The translations under genes and the position numbers were made by a program. A stretch of 64,000 nucleotides of DNA from assembly GCF_035084215.1 (NCBI RefSeq), contig NC_090348.1, positions 46,376,001 through 46,440,000 on the forward strand, in the 5' to 3' direction. This document shows, one piece after another, positions 22,140 through 35,152 of this stretch. The DNA is from Heptranchias perlo (lineage: Eukaryota). The notes under the pieces were generated by a model that saw only the letters and a program-made list of their open reading frames with translations, was not told where the DNA came from and did not search any database. The stretch's first letter is position 1, and every line of letters begins with the position of its first letter.

Positions 22140-25100
22140 AGTCTATGGTTCTTAATGAATACTTTGCTTCTATCTTCATAAAAGAGGGGGACGATGCAGA
22201 GATTGTAGTTAAGGAGGAGTGTGAAATATTGGATGGGATAAACATAGTGAGAGAGGAAGTACTAAGGGGATTAGCATCTTTGAAAGTTGATAAATCACCA
22301 GGCCCGGATGAAATGTATCCCAGGCTGCTAAGAGAAGCAAGGGAGGAAATAGCGGAGGCTCTGCCATCCATTTTCCAATCCTCCCTGGCCACAGGCGTGG
22401 TGCCGGAGGATTAGAGGACTGCTACCGTTGTACCGTTGTTTAAAATGGGAGAAAGAGATAGACCGAGTAATTATAGGCCAGTCAGTCTAATCTCGGTGGT
22501 GGGCAAATTATTGGAATCGATTCTGAGGGACAGCATAAATCGTCATTTAGAAAGGCACGGGTTAATCAAGGACAGTCAGCATGGATTTGTTAAGGGAAGG
22601 TCGTGTCTGACTAACTTGATTGAATTTTTTGAGTGGGTAACAAGGAGGGTCGATGAGGGTAACGCATTTGATGGTAGTGTACTTGGATTTTAGCAAGGCT
22701 TTTGTCAAGGTCCCACATGGCAGACTGGTCGAAAAAGTAAAAGCCCATGGGATCCAAGGGAAAGTGGCAAGTTGGATCCAAAATTGGCTCAGTGGCAGGA
22801 AGCAAAGGGTTGACAGGTGTTTTTGCGACTGGAAGGCTGTTTTCAGTGGGGTCCTGCAAGGCTCAGTACTAGGTCCCTTGCTTTTTGTGGTATATATTAA
22901 GGATTTAGACTTGAATGTGGGGAGCTTGATCAAGAAGTTTCAGATGATACAAAAATTGGCCATGTGGTTGATAGTGAGGAGGAAAGCTGTTGACTGCAGG
23001 AAGATATCAATGGACAGGTGGGCAGAAAAGTGGCAAATGGAATTCATTCCAGAGAAGAGTGAGGTAATGCATTTGGGAAGGGCAAACAAGGCAAAGGAGT
23101 ACACAATAAATGGGAGGATACTGAGAGGTGTAGAGGGACAAAGGGACCTTGTAGTGCATGTCCACAGATCCCTGAAGATAGCAGGACAGGTAGATCAGGT
23201 GGTTAAAAAGGCATATGGGATACTTTCCATTATTAGCCGAGGCATAGAATATAAGAGCAGAGAGGTTATGCTAGAACTGTATAAAACATTGGTTTGGCCA
23301 TGGCTTGAGTACTGTGTACAGTTCTGGTCACCACATTACAGGAAAGATGTGATTGCACTAGAGAGGGTACAGAGGAGATTTATGAGGATGTTGCCAGGGC
23401 TGGAGAATTTTAGCTATGAGAAAAGATTGGATAAGCTGGGGTTGTTTTCTTTGGAACAGAGGAGGCTGAGGGGCGATTTAATTGAGGTATATAAAATTAT
23501 GATGGGGCTAGATACAGTGGATAGGGAGGACCCATTTCCCTTAGCAGAGGGGTCAGTGACCAGAGGGCATAGGTTTAAAGTAATTGGTAGAAGGATTACA
23601 CGGGGGCTGAGGAGAATTTTTTTCACCCAGAGGGTGTTGGGGATCTGGAACTCACTGCCTGAAAGGGTGGTAGAGGCAGAAACTCTCAACTCATTTAAAA
23701 AGTATTTGGATGTGCACTTGAAGTGCCATAACCTACAGGGCTATGGACCAAGTGCTGGAAAGTGGGAGGTGCTGGAAGTCTTAACGTGCATCAAGGTAGA
23801 TAAATCTCCGGGACCTGATGAAATGTATCCCAGGACGTTATGGGAGGTTAGGGAGGAAATTGCGGGTCCCCTAGCAGAGATATTTGAATCATCGACAGCT
23901 ACAGGTGAGGTGCCTGAAGATTGGAGGGTAGCAAATGCTGTGCCTTTGTTTAAGAAGGGCGGCAGGGAAAAGCCTGGGAACTACAGTCCGGTGAGCCTGA
24001 CATCTGTAGTGGGTAAGTTGTTAGAGGGTATTCTGAGAGACAGGATCTACAGGCATTTGGAGAGGCAGGGACTGATTAGGAACAGTCAGCATGGTTTTGT
24101 GAGTGGAAAATCATGTCTCACGAATTTGATTGAGTTTCTTGAAGGGGTAACCAAGAAGATAGATGAGGGCTGTGCAGTAGACGTGGTCTACATGGACTTT
24201 AGCAAAGCTTTGACAAGGTACCGCATGGTAGGTTGTTACATAAGGTTAAATCTCACGGGATCCAACGTGAGGTAGCCAATTGGATACAAAATTGGATTGA
24301 CGGCAGAAGACAGAGGGTGGTTGTAGAGGGTTGTTTTTCAAACTGGAGGCCTGTGACCAGCGGTGTGCCTCAGGGATCGGTGCTGGGTCCGCTGTTATTT
24401 GTTATTTATATTAATGATTTGGATGAGAATTTAGGAGGCATGGTTAGTAAGTTTGCAGATGACACCAAGATTGGTGGCATTGTGGACAGTGAAGAAGGTT
24501 ATCTAGGATTGCAACGGGATCTTGATAAATTGGGCCAGTGGGCCGATGAATGGCAGATGGAGTTTAATTTAGATAAATGTGAGGTGATGCATTTTGGTAG
24601 ATCGAATCGGGCCAGGACCTACTCCGTTAATGGTAGGGCGTTGGGGAGAGTTATAGAACAAAGAGATCTAGGAGTACAGGTTCATAGCTCCTTGAAAGTG
24701 GAGTCACAGGTGGATAGGGTGGTGAAGAAGGCATTCAGCATGCTTGGTTTCATTGGTCAGAACATTGAATACAGGAGTTGGGATGTCTTGTTGAAGTTGT
24801 ACAAGACATTAGTAAGGCCACACTTGGAATACTGTGTACAGTTCTGGTCACCCTATTATAGAAAGGATATTATTAAACTAGAAAGAGTGCAGAAAAGATT
24901 TACTAGGATGCTACCGGGACTTGATGGTTTGACTTATAGGGAGAGGTTGGATAGACTGAGACTTTTTTCCCTGGAGAGTAGGAGGTTAAGGGGTGATCTT
25001 ATAGAAGTCTATAAAATAATGAGGGGCATAGATAAGGTCGATAGTCAAAATCTTTTCCCAAAGGTAGGGGAGTCTATAACGAGGGGGCATAGATTTAAGG

Positions 25101-25458
25101 TGAGAGGGGAGAGATACAAAAGGGTCCAGAGGGGCAATTTTTTCACTCAAAGGGTGGTGAGTGTCTGGAACGAGCTGCCAGAGGCAGTAGTAGAGGCGGG
25201 TACAATTTTGTCTTTCAAAAGCATTTGGACAGTTACATGGGTAAGATGGGTATAGAGGGATATGGGCCAAGTGCAGGCAATTGGGACTAGCTTAGTGGTA
25301 TAAACTGGGCGACATGGACATGTTGGGCCGAAGGGCCTGTTTCCATGTTGTAAACTTCTATGGTTCTATGATTCTAAGCTGGATAGCTCATTTTCGGCCG
25401 GCATGGACATTATGGGCTGAATGGCCTCCTTCTGTGCCGTAACTTTCTATGATTCCAT
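22140..25458 (+). mobile_element. 5'-truncated CR1 LINE (host; RT and C-terminal domain with stops and frameshifts), split by a second CR1 in its 3' UTR
   Basis: DKSPGPD, NYRPVSL, QHGFVKGRSCLTNL, DFSKAF, QGSVLGPLLF and FFTQRV motifs at 22140-23766; its 3' UTR resumes at about 25377-25458. Confidence 0.9.
23767..25376 (+). mobile_element. Young 5'-truncated CR1 LINE nested in the previous element
   Basis: Nearly intact RT with [13 protein letters not shown] and FADD; frameshifts visible near 24210 and 25216; (TTCTATG)n-type tail. Confidence 0.92.
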
Positions 25459-27382
25459 GATGCCAACCCCCCACCTCCTGACAATATGGTCAAGATCGGA
25501 GCTCATGGTGCTAGGAGTTACAGGTACAAACCTGAATCCTAGCATTCTGTGGCAAGGAGCATCAATCCTCTTCACCAGCAAGCCATCCAAAACTGAACAT
25601 GGTTTTACTCAACAAGTAAAACAAGCAAGAAATGGTTTTGCATATTGTATAATAACAGATTGTGACTGTAATAAAATGATGAGCACAGGCATGTCCAGTC
25701 TCGCTGAGTCTTACCGACTTTGAGGTTGTTCCCAACCTCATTTAGAATATTCCACCTGCCAAGATTTTTGACTTTGTTGGCTGCATAAGTGTGCACCTCC
25801 GGGGCCACACGCAAACCTTCAATTCATGTACCTATTAATTTGCATTTATCTTCAGTTCATAATTTAGGATTTATCCACCAATGAGGCAACAACACTAAGA
25901 ACAGCCCTTTCCAAGCCTCCAGGCCCACAATATTCAAAGAGGATAAACCAGTGTGTAAGAAATAGAAGTGCATCGAGGGTTGAGTAGCCTGGGCTTAGAG
26001 GGCCATGCTGGCAGGGCTCAGTGACCGTATGTGGCCCATGGGCCTCAGTTTGGTCTCCCTTCCCTTAAATGATTCTCCATTCTGTGCTTGAATCTGAAGG
26101 CTTATTTATTACTTTGTGTTTTTTGCATCTTTTCCTCCCAATTTATTCCTCCTGTTCTGTCCTGAAAGCACTGACTGAGGCGGGAGTATGATGCCAGGGG
26201 CATTGGCAGCTCCTCTAATACCTCACCCAAGTGGCTATTCTTCATGTGTGAGGCCCAATATTGACCATCGGCCAACAATCGGACTTTGGCGAGCATTAAA
26301 TCTGAGCACAATCCTATCTTCACCCAACATAAGCGTGCACTTTCCAGCAGAGGTCATTAGATAAGGTTTGGAAAGTGGGGCAACTGTAGCTGATTTTTCC
26401 CCTCCCAAACCCTGGGGCAGTGCGGATGATTGTTGATTCCCCGGTGGCTCAGCTGAAACTGTCGAACTCAGCAGCGGCCAGGGATAGAAGGTGGGATTTT
26501 CTTAGTCTGTATGGCTCAGCGACATGCCAGGTCGTACATTTACCCACTGAGCCATTAGCTCATTTTGTGTGTGTGTGTCTTTTAAAAACCAACTTTGATG
26601 TCATCTAACCACTACTTCTTGATTTAAATGGTCTTTTTTTCAACCTTGCACCATGGCCTTGGTCGTTCACCCAGAGTTCTCAATAATAAAGGCACCAATC
26701 TCACTGGTATTGATAAACTCATTTCCAGAACTAGGCATGTCTGTGATCATTGTATTTGTTCAAGGAGCTGGTAAGTCCAGGAGGAACAATTTTACTCAAA
26801 GCACCATCTCTTGCAGAGAAAAAGTTATATACCCACAAAAATCCAAAATTAAAAAACAAATCCATCCGTTTTCGGAATCGCTGAGCAACCCATCCATTCG
26901 GTTCTTCCTCTCCGCTAGGGTGGTCCATGATATCACTGAGGGGGGTCACTCCATGTGTACTGGACCACCTCCACTGAGAGCAACAGGGGCCAGCAAGGCA
27001 ATTATAGAAGTAGGGTGGGAACCCCAGCTTATCCAATCTTTTCTCACCCTACTGACTGGGTTAATCTGCATTTTTTGATTTATATAAAATGTGGTAGAAT
27101 TTTGAATGGAACACACCTCTCCCTAGACTTGCCTTCCCCTTTAATCACATTGAGTCTAGACTCAGGGTGTTGATGAGGATGTACGTGAACAATAAGACCA
27201 GGGACTCTGGTATCTGACACTCATGTGTTTCATGATGACATCAGTTCGTTTTGTGTGTAGGAGACGAGTGGGAAGAGATTATTGAAAGATGCTCGTGCGA
27301 CCACTGCAAAATGTGCAATCAAGTCCTGACTTTACACACCCTACCCTGTAAACAGAAGAAAGCTGGGATTGGAGAACAAGAC

Positions 27383-27440
27383 GATGAGGAGGAAGAAGAA
27401 GAAGAAGAAGAAGGAGGAGGAGGAGGAGGAGGAGAAGAGA
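27383..27440. repeat. (GAA)n(GGA)n trinucleotide repeat
   Basis: GAGGAGGAAGAAGAAGAAGAAGAAGAAGGAGGAGGAGGAGGAGGAGGAGAAGAG, read directly. Confidence 0.9.
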
Positions 27441-27744
27441 TGAACGCCTTTGAGGCAGAAGATGAAGACCGCACATACTTTGGTCTCTGGGAACGTGACA
27501 GACCAACACTGATGCCACTCTCCAGGCTGAGCAGCCTCATCGCTGTTGGGCTCAGATAGTTTTGAATTTATGGTTTTTTGGAAGACAGATTCTGTTTGGT
27601 TTATATTAAAAAAAATTATCTGTATCTGGTATTTTTCATACACTGTATATTATATGTTGACAATTTTTTGCTGCTATCAAGGTGAGGAATTTCAGTGCTG
27701 GACATTTTTCTCAGTTTATCAAGTAATTCCAGATCACTATAATA

Positions 27745-28230
27745 TGGGTTAGATTTAGAATAAAGCTGCCTCCACTCTGTCCCATTAAGTACTCCCGGGG
27801 CAGGTACAGCATGGGTTCGATACACACTGGAAATTTCCTCAGGGTTTCTCTTGGTTGGTCCCTGTCACTTTGGCAGAAGATCAATGTTCATGTGGTGTAT
27901 CTGGGTTTTCACCGAAGTTACAGCATCCAGCGGGAGAATTCCCAATTAAATTCCCAGCAAGAGAGTGAAGCTGTAACTACACTGTCCTGTCAAACACTCC
28001 TAGGTCAGGTACAGCATGGGTTAGATACAGAGTAAATCTCCCTCTAAACTGCCCCATCAAACACTGCCAGGGCAGGAACTGCACAGGTTAGATACAGAGT
28101 AAAGCTCCCTCTACACCTTCCCACCAAACACTCCCAGGTCAAATACAGCACATGTTAAAAACTGAGTAGAGCTCCCACTAAACTGTTACATTAAGCACTT
28201 GCAGGTCAGGTCCGGCACAGGGTATATACT
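27745..28230. repeat. Diverged array of the 67-bp minisatellite
   Basis: Several copies of GGTTAGATACAGAGTAAAGCTCCCTCTACAC..AAACACTCCCAGGGCAGGTACAGCA with an interruption. Confidence 0.8.
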
Positions 28231-28499
28231 GTCCAAGTGTGCCTTGATCCCATTTTTTTTTGCCAAGTTCAAAATTGGACAAGAACAAGAGGCGCAGGAC
28301 AGCACAGATAAGGGGATGGATCATAGCTTGAGTTCTGATGTATTTTTTGCTCTGATAAAAATGTAATCAGTAACCTTGATCACTAATACCCCCACAAAGA
28401 CAGATTTGTGGGAAAACTGAGTTTCATTTTAAAACCAGGTTCTTCGATGTCTGTTTTACACTTTAGAGATTTAATACAGATATACGCCAGGTATTGTAC

Positions 28500-29725
28500 A
28501 TTGGAAGGAAATTGCACTCTGACCAAATTTTTCAAACATCCTTAGATCTGGAAGTTGTGCCAAGAGTATTGGAGGTTTGCTAATGTAACATCTCTGTTTA
28601 AAAAAAAGAGAAAGTCAGCCTAACATCAGTGGTGGGTAAACTCCTTCAGTCCATATTGCAGGATAAAATTAATAATCAATTGGAAAGACATGGGTTAATT
28701 AAGAACTGCCAGCATGAATTCATAAAATTCAAGTTATGTCTGACAAACATAATAGCGTTCTTCGAGGAAATAATAGTGTATTGATAAAGGGAATGCAGTG
28801 GATGTTGTTTCTATGAATTTTCAAAAGATAAGGTGCCATATTGAAGGCTTTTTGGTAAAATTAAGGTAGATCATTTGCAATGGTATCAAATAGACTGTGC
28901 AGTTAACTCTTTAGAAGGCCAAAGGAAACTGCAAAGGGATACTGATAAGATGGAGGAATTGGCTAAAAAGTGGCAGATTCAATTAAATGTTAGCAAGTGT
29001 GATGTAATGCATTTTGGTTTAAAAAAAACAGCAGTAATTTGAGTGGAAGTAGGATCGGTGCTCTGGGAGAGCAGAGGGAATTGGGGAGTACAGCTTCACA
29101 GAATGGGTTGATAAGGCCATCAAAAAATCTAATAGAAACCTAGGTTTTATCTTAAGAGATATAAAATATAAAAGCCAAGAGGTAATGATGAGCCAATATA
29201 AAACCTTAATATGACAGGAGTGTAGTGTGCAGTATTGGGCTCCACACTCTAGGAAAGATATTGAGGGGATACATCACAGATTCATAGGATGCTGCTTGGT
29301 ATGAGGAAATACAAAAATGAAAAGACTTGAAAAATTGGGTCTTTTTTGAATAGAACACAGATTACAGGTCATTACACAATATAATAGTATTTACAATTAT
29401 GAATGGATGGCAGAGGGTATATAGAAACAGATTGTTTGCAGTAGTTGGTCAAGGGAGGTCAAGAATGAGGGGCCATGGAAACAAGATTTAGCACTTAGTT
29501 CTTCATACTGAAAGCCATGAAGCTATGAATTTAATTCCGGGATTAGTGGCTGAGGCAGAAACTACATCAACATTCAAGATTGGTTAGGTGGATAAAGGAA
29601 AAGGGGTTGATGTGGGAGCACAGTGGGTATAAATGTGATTAGGATTTGCTTGTGTGGAGGATAAACGCCAACACGGATTGGTTGGTCTGAATGGCTTGTT
29701 TCTATGTTGTGACTTGTATGTACTA
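28500..29725 (+). mobile_element. Old, heavily degraded CR1 LINE
   Basis: Remnants of EDWR.ANVT.LFKK, QHEF..SCLTN and WAKKWQ..FN..KC.VMHFG, plus a CR1 tail, with many stops. Confidence 0.75.
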
Positions 29726-30229
29726 TATTTCTCTCAAAGGACTATCCCTGTAGTCCCAGTCCCCTGCCCTCTCCTCAGACCCTTTTAAATTTTTCTTCTT
29801 CAAATAATTATCCATTTGCCCTTTAAAGCTGTTATGGATTCCAATCTCCCCACCATATTCCATGTCCTAACAATCCTCTATGTAACAAAAAGTTTTCTAA
29901 ACTCTCCTTTAATTCTTTTGGTGATGATCTTGAGGTGGCACTCTCTATATACCAACTCACCGTGTAATGGAAATAGTTTGTCCCAATTTACCTCATATTT
30001 TTTCAACCCCTCAGATCTCCATTTGGCTCCAATGAAACGAGCCCGTCTCTCTCCTAACCAAAGCCCTAGTGTCATTTTACAGATGAGCTTTGAAGGACCC
30101 ATTAGCCGTGCTCTTGTGTTCGAACAGTACACCAATTAGTCAATTTATACAACCAGCTTTTTAAAACCAATCCTACTTTTGTTTCTTACAGTAAAGTTTG
30201 CCTCTCACGAGCACAGTTGGACAACCGCC

Positions 30230-30560
30230 TCTCTTCAAGTCCCGGATGTCGCCTCCATCTCAGGCGTGTTTTTTTTTGGAAATCTCAGGCCCCGCCCCCG
30301 TTGCCCGGGGCGACCGGCTGACGTAATCGCGCCGCGCGCGTACACCCGAGCTCGAGCCTGCAGCGGGAGAGAAGGGGGACAGCGGGGCGCGCGACGTGGC
30401 GGTTTGCGGCCAATCGGATCCCGCGCCAGAACGGACCAATGGGGGACGACAGATGTGACGTCAGGAGGGAGGCGGGAGCTGGGAAGGCGAGCGGTGATTG
30501 GCTGCAGGAGGGACCGGGGTGTCATTTCCGTTTGGGCGCAGGGGCGGGCTATTTCCGCTG
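30230..30560 (+). promoter_or_regulatory. CpG-island promoter of CALU
   Basis: CpG-dense island; GC boxes at 30288-30299 and 30541-30548; CCAAT at 30410 and 30436; ATTGG at 30496; perfect CRE TGACGTCA at 30456-30463; TGACGTAA at 30319; two ATTTCCG ETS-type sites; followed by splice donors. Confidence 0.8.
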
Positions 30561-30580
30561 GACCTCTTCAGAGTGAGTGA
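30530..30580 (+). other. CALU: CALU non-coding exon 1 (start approximate)
   Basis: Lies at the 3' edge of the CpG island and ends in GA/GTGA/GTGA/GTAAGA donors; coding exon 2 has only 13 nt of UTR, so an upstream exon is required. Confidence 0.65.
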
Positions 30581-31197
30581 GTAAGAGGAGAGAAGGAGAC
30601 GGGAGAAGAGGCTGGTATTTATGTTATTTAATTTGGGGGATTATAGTGATTACTTTAACATTTAAATGTTGCTATAAATACTGTATTCAAGCACCTGGAG
30701 GAGAGTTGAGACTCTAGCAGGTGTAGGGTTAAACATTCGCTCTCAATAGGAGACATTTTCAAATTTCATTTTTTTAAAAAGAATTAGGCTGATAAATTTG
30801 CATTCTTAAATTTCATTCTGTGGTTTAGTTTATCATTGGTGATAAATTAGTGATTAATTGCATTGTAGCTTAGCTGGTCATTGTTCAATATTACCACACA
30901 GCCACCCAATTCATTTCATTTAAAGTCTTTTAACCCATCAGTGTGAAAGGTTGTTTCCAGGGAGGGTCAGTGGACAAGGGCCTGCCTTTTGGGAATGTCT
31001 ATTGTAGAACTGAAATGTGTCTATGTAATTGGGTTCCTCTACTTTTGATTTTTTTAAATTTGAGGGTGGGTCAAGAACAAGTGAAATAGAGTCTCAGCTA
31101 GAGTGGTTAGAAAATTGTAGTTTTTGTTTTGATTTACTTCTAACTCTCCTAAACCAGGTAATAAGACACTGCATGTGAAAGACTTTGGGAGTCAAAG

Positions 31198-31600
31198 AAA
31201 GAACTTGCACTTGTGCTTTTTGTGACTTCAGGATGTCCCAAAGTGCTTTACAGCCACTGCACAGTGTAGTCACTGTTGTAAGTTAGGTAGATGCAGCAGC
31301 CTATTTGTGCATAGCAAGGTCCTGTGGATTGCACTGAGATAAATGACCAGATAATCTATTTTGATGATGTTGAGGGATAGATCCTGGAAGAACTCCCCAG
31401 CTCTTCAAATAGGGCCATGTGATCTTTTGCGTCCACTTGAGTGAGCAGGTGGGGCTTCAGTTCAATGTCTCATCTGAAAGACGGCACCTCTGACAGTGCA
31501 GCACTCTCTGTTAGGTTTATGTGCTCAAGTCGCAAGTGAGGCTTGAACCCACAACCAACTGACTCTGAAGGATGAGTGCTACCCACTGGGTCACAGCTGA
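31198..31600 (-). mobile_element. SacSINE1-like SINE (diverged)
   Basis: Reverse complement of the family consensus. Confidence 0.7.
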
Positions 31601-32684
31601 CAAGACTTTTGAGAATCAAGCTGACACGGAGCCAAACTGTCAACATCTGAATGGCCTCCATCTATGCTGTAAATTTCTATGATTCTATGATGATTCTGAT
31701 ATTCAGGAAGCACTGCATTAAATTCACAACCCCATGTTGTAAGTTAATGGCATGTAACCAGAAAATGGCTGTAATTGCACCACAAGTCAGTCAGCATCTC
31801 TGCTTAAAATGTTGGGTGGGGACTATTTATAGGTTTTATTTTATGCTTTGTGCATATTTCATTTGTTTTGTATTTTATTTCTTTATAGCTTGCAATATTT
31901 GATGGTTTTATGTTTTCTTATCCAGTTTAAGTAATGTGTTTCTAATTAATATTGAATGTGAAGATTTATTTTTGGAGTTGAGATCAGGCCAATTGTAGAT
32001 TATGTGGGAGGTGAGTTTGGTTTTTCATAAGTCAGTAGCAACAATGTGACCAGTCAAGGCATTCTCTGGATTACTAGCTTTTGAATGCTGTAATTATAAA
32101 CTAATTGATTTACATAAGTACAAATATGCCACATGCCCCAACTTTCCCTTGGAGAAGGAGACCAGATTTTAATTCCAGCCTCAACCTGTATTTGTGCTTG
32201 GGTGGTGTATTAGTTAGAAGATTTGCTGCCTAGTGTGGAATTGAGTAAGGCAGACCAGCTAGGTTCCAGGTTTGATCCTGTGCTTGCTTGCCTAGTCTGA
32301 CAGGGTGCCGGGTGCTGTAGTTGGCCTCCATGTCCTTGAGCAGGGGAGGGGAATATCAGCCAGGTTCACGCTTCTGATAGCTGTGAAGTGACTTGGGCTG
32401 GAGTGGAGTGTACATGTGTGCTGGAGCAATGTCAGGCATGGCTGTGACACCTTGATGCTGACATACATGCATGTAAACACATAACCTGAGTGGGCTCATC
32501 CATGAAGAGTGGCCATTTTAGTGAGGTGTCAGATTTAGCACCTTCAGGAGAGGAAGGGCTGGGTGGGAAAGGGAGTTCATTTTGGCTTGTCTGGAAAGGG
32601 AGTTTGAATTTTGCCATGTATATAATTATCCTATTGTCACGGCTTTTGAGTGTTTGTGGCTTGGGACCCCTCCCTCTGAAAAAT

Positions 32685-32752
32685 CTCCGAAAGCTTGTGA
32701 ATTTAAAATAAAATTGCTGGACTATAACTTGGTGTTGTAAAATTGTTTACAA
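32685..32752 (+). mobile_element. Truncated Penelope-like end with 10-bp TSD
   Basis: TCTGAAAAAT at 32675-32684 and 32753-32762; CTCCGAAAGCTTGTGA..GGACTATAACTTGGTGTTGTAA. Confidence 0.75.
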
Positions 32753-34816
32753 TCTGAAAAATAAGATCTTTTTGGAATACAGATAAATGCAATGTGTGCG
32801 AACAGTGTGATACAATGGCTTATCTTATGGACATGAAGTGCCAAGGGGGTTGGATGTTGCACCTCGCCCTCTAGCATGTGCATGATTGTCACCATGTAAA
32901 TCCACAATACACAAGCTGACTGACTGTGCTAGAGAGTTTGTATATTTGATGAGTTGTGAAAGTTTCATTGCTTCTCATTTTGCTTCATGGTTCATCACAA
33001 AAGATGGTATCTAGATACAAGTGGTCCTGCTAGAACTCTGAAATAAATGCTCTTGCGATCTTTATAATTGGATGTAATGATGTGGCATTACAAAGCAGAG
33101 TGGGTGCAGTCAGCAGTAGTGAAAATTCGAACCTCAGATAGTGTCATTAGCTCAATTTCCAGTAGAACATAATGGTAGATGTAATGAAATTGTCCACTGA
33201 AGCAATGCGGTTTCAAAACTTTGGTTCTAGAGCTGTATGACAGTGTAATGTACTGGTGATCGGAACAACCTGAGGTGGTGATTTGAGTGTCCGAGGATAA
33301 ACATATCAGTTAACATTAAAATGCAGCTGTTTATTTTCCCCTAGTTTATTGCAAGGCTAGTAACAGCATTAGGAATTAAGCATTACTCTTGTAGCTCCAA
33401 ACTCATCGAATGATCAAGCTCGCTATTCATTTTTGGCACTAAGTGTGGGGAAAAAACACTTGCCTTTTATATTGTAGCACTTTTTACTTGTCTGAAGTGT
33501 TTGACACGGTGCTGAGATTTTTGGACACACTGGTGCTAAGGTAGCACAAGGAACTGTAATTGCATTCCTGCTTTCCCTGGTACAATATATACAGAGGAAG
33601 ACTCATCAACATATATTATCGTGCCCACTGTACTTTGCTGTGGGGCTGGCTTTTGGAGCAAACTGCGGTACCAAAATGATATTGGATAGCCTCGCTCTCC
33701 TAGACTATGTACGGAACTGTGTCTCAGAAAGCTTATCAGTGAAGCTGCTGTAAAGTTGTAGTGAGGGATGTATTTGATTTCTGTGTGTTTGTAAAGCCAA
33801 TAGTATCTATTGGAGAGTTGAAGTAGCAATTGATCAGGATATCCCCAGGTGTTCGCGCAACAGGTGTATATATCCCCAGTGTAGGTGTAGAGAGGGAAAT
33901 GGAGCAGGGCAGCAAATTAGAGAACCTCATCATGAAAATGTGGAGGAATGCAGATACGAGTCTGAGAATGAAGCAATCTGTACCAGAGTTGCAGAGAAAT
34001 GGCAGCAGTCCAGGAAATTGAGATGATGCAAACTGAGAAAATAGTTTGATGTTCGTGGCAGACAGGGATTTGCAGGAGGCTGTGAGGAAGTGGGTGTAAA
34101 AAAGGAAAATGAGTGGAGTTTGATGGGGAAGGGCTGAGCATGGGAAAGCAAGATGAACAAAAGGCCAGTGCCCTTTTTTTTTTGAAAATATAGGAAAGGA
34201 ATGGTCAAAGATCAAGAATGGTAATGTTCTGGTAACCTGCAGTAATTGAGAATAAATTATCTGGAAAGATTTCAATCGTAGCTACTGGGCAGATATTTTT
34301 ATGCCTGTATTTGGCAGTAATATTGAACTTTTGTTCAGCATTGAATCCTGTCGAACTCTGAGCAGCATTGGTATGGGGTTAACTGCATATTTTGCCTCTT
34401 CTACTAGCTCAAAGTTAGGAATCCAGCATTTGATTTCAGTGTTGGCTTTTTTTTTTACAAATAAAGTAAGTTACTGTTAGGCTTTTGTCCATTTTTTGAA
34501 TGTTGGGTTTCCTGTATCTCTCAGTTGAGAAACGACGGTGAAGTGAAGAGCCAGTTTGTTACTTCACAAAGCTTTTTTTAAAAAAAAAAGTGGAAGATGA
34601 AGTAAATTGGGAAGTAATGGCGAGGTGATGTCTCACTTCAATGTGGACAATCCTATTATGGTAACACCTAACAAAGCATATCACTTATTAAATGCTTTCT
34701 GTGTGACTGTAAAACAGAATTTATAGCAAGAACACACTGATTAGTGATTTTTTTTTTAAAAAGATAATTAAGGAAATTGAATTTTAAATGTCCTACTTTG
34801 GCTAAGTAAGCTTATG

Positions 34817-35152
34817 AAAGGAAAAGACTTGCATTTATATTGTGCTTTTCATGTCCTCAGGACATCCCAAATCGCTTCACAGCCTATGAATCACTTTTTG
34901 AAGTGCAGTCACTGTTGTTTTGTAGGCAAATGTGGCAACCGATTTGCATGCAATGAGAAATATGACCAGTTAATCTGTTTCTTTTGGTGGTATTGGATAT
35001 GGGATGAATGTTGACTAGGAGAACTCCCCTTCAAATAGTGCCATGGGATCTTTTAAGTCCACCTGAGCAGACAGAGCCTCAATGTTTCATCCAAAAGACG
35101 GCACCTCCAACAGCGCAGCACTCCCTCAGTATTGCGCTGAAGTGTCAGCCTA
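34817..35152 (-). mobile_element. SacSINE1-like SINE fragment
   Basis: Tail and core of the family in reverse orientation. Confidence 0.7.

Noticed and set aside
22653-25255. 540-aa and 340-aa ORFs as a host gene or active LINE
   Set aside because: These are fragments of two 5'-truncated CR1 copies lacking ORF1 and the endonuclease domain.
30179-30580. Arg/Gly-rich ORFs on both strands
   Set aside because: By-product of the GC-rich CALU promoter.
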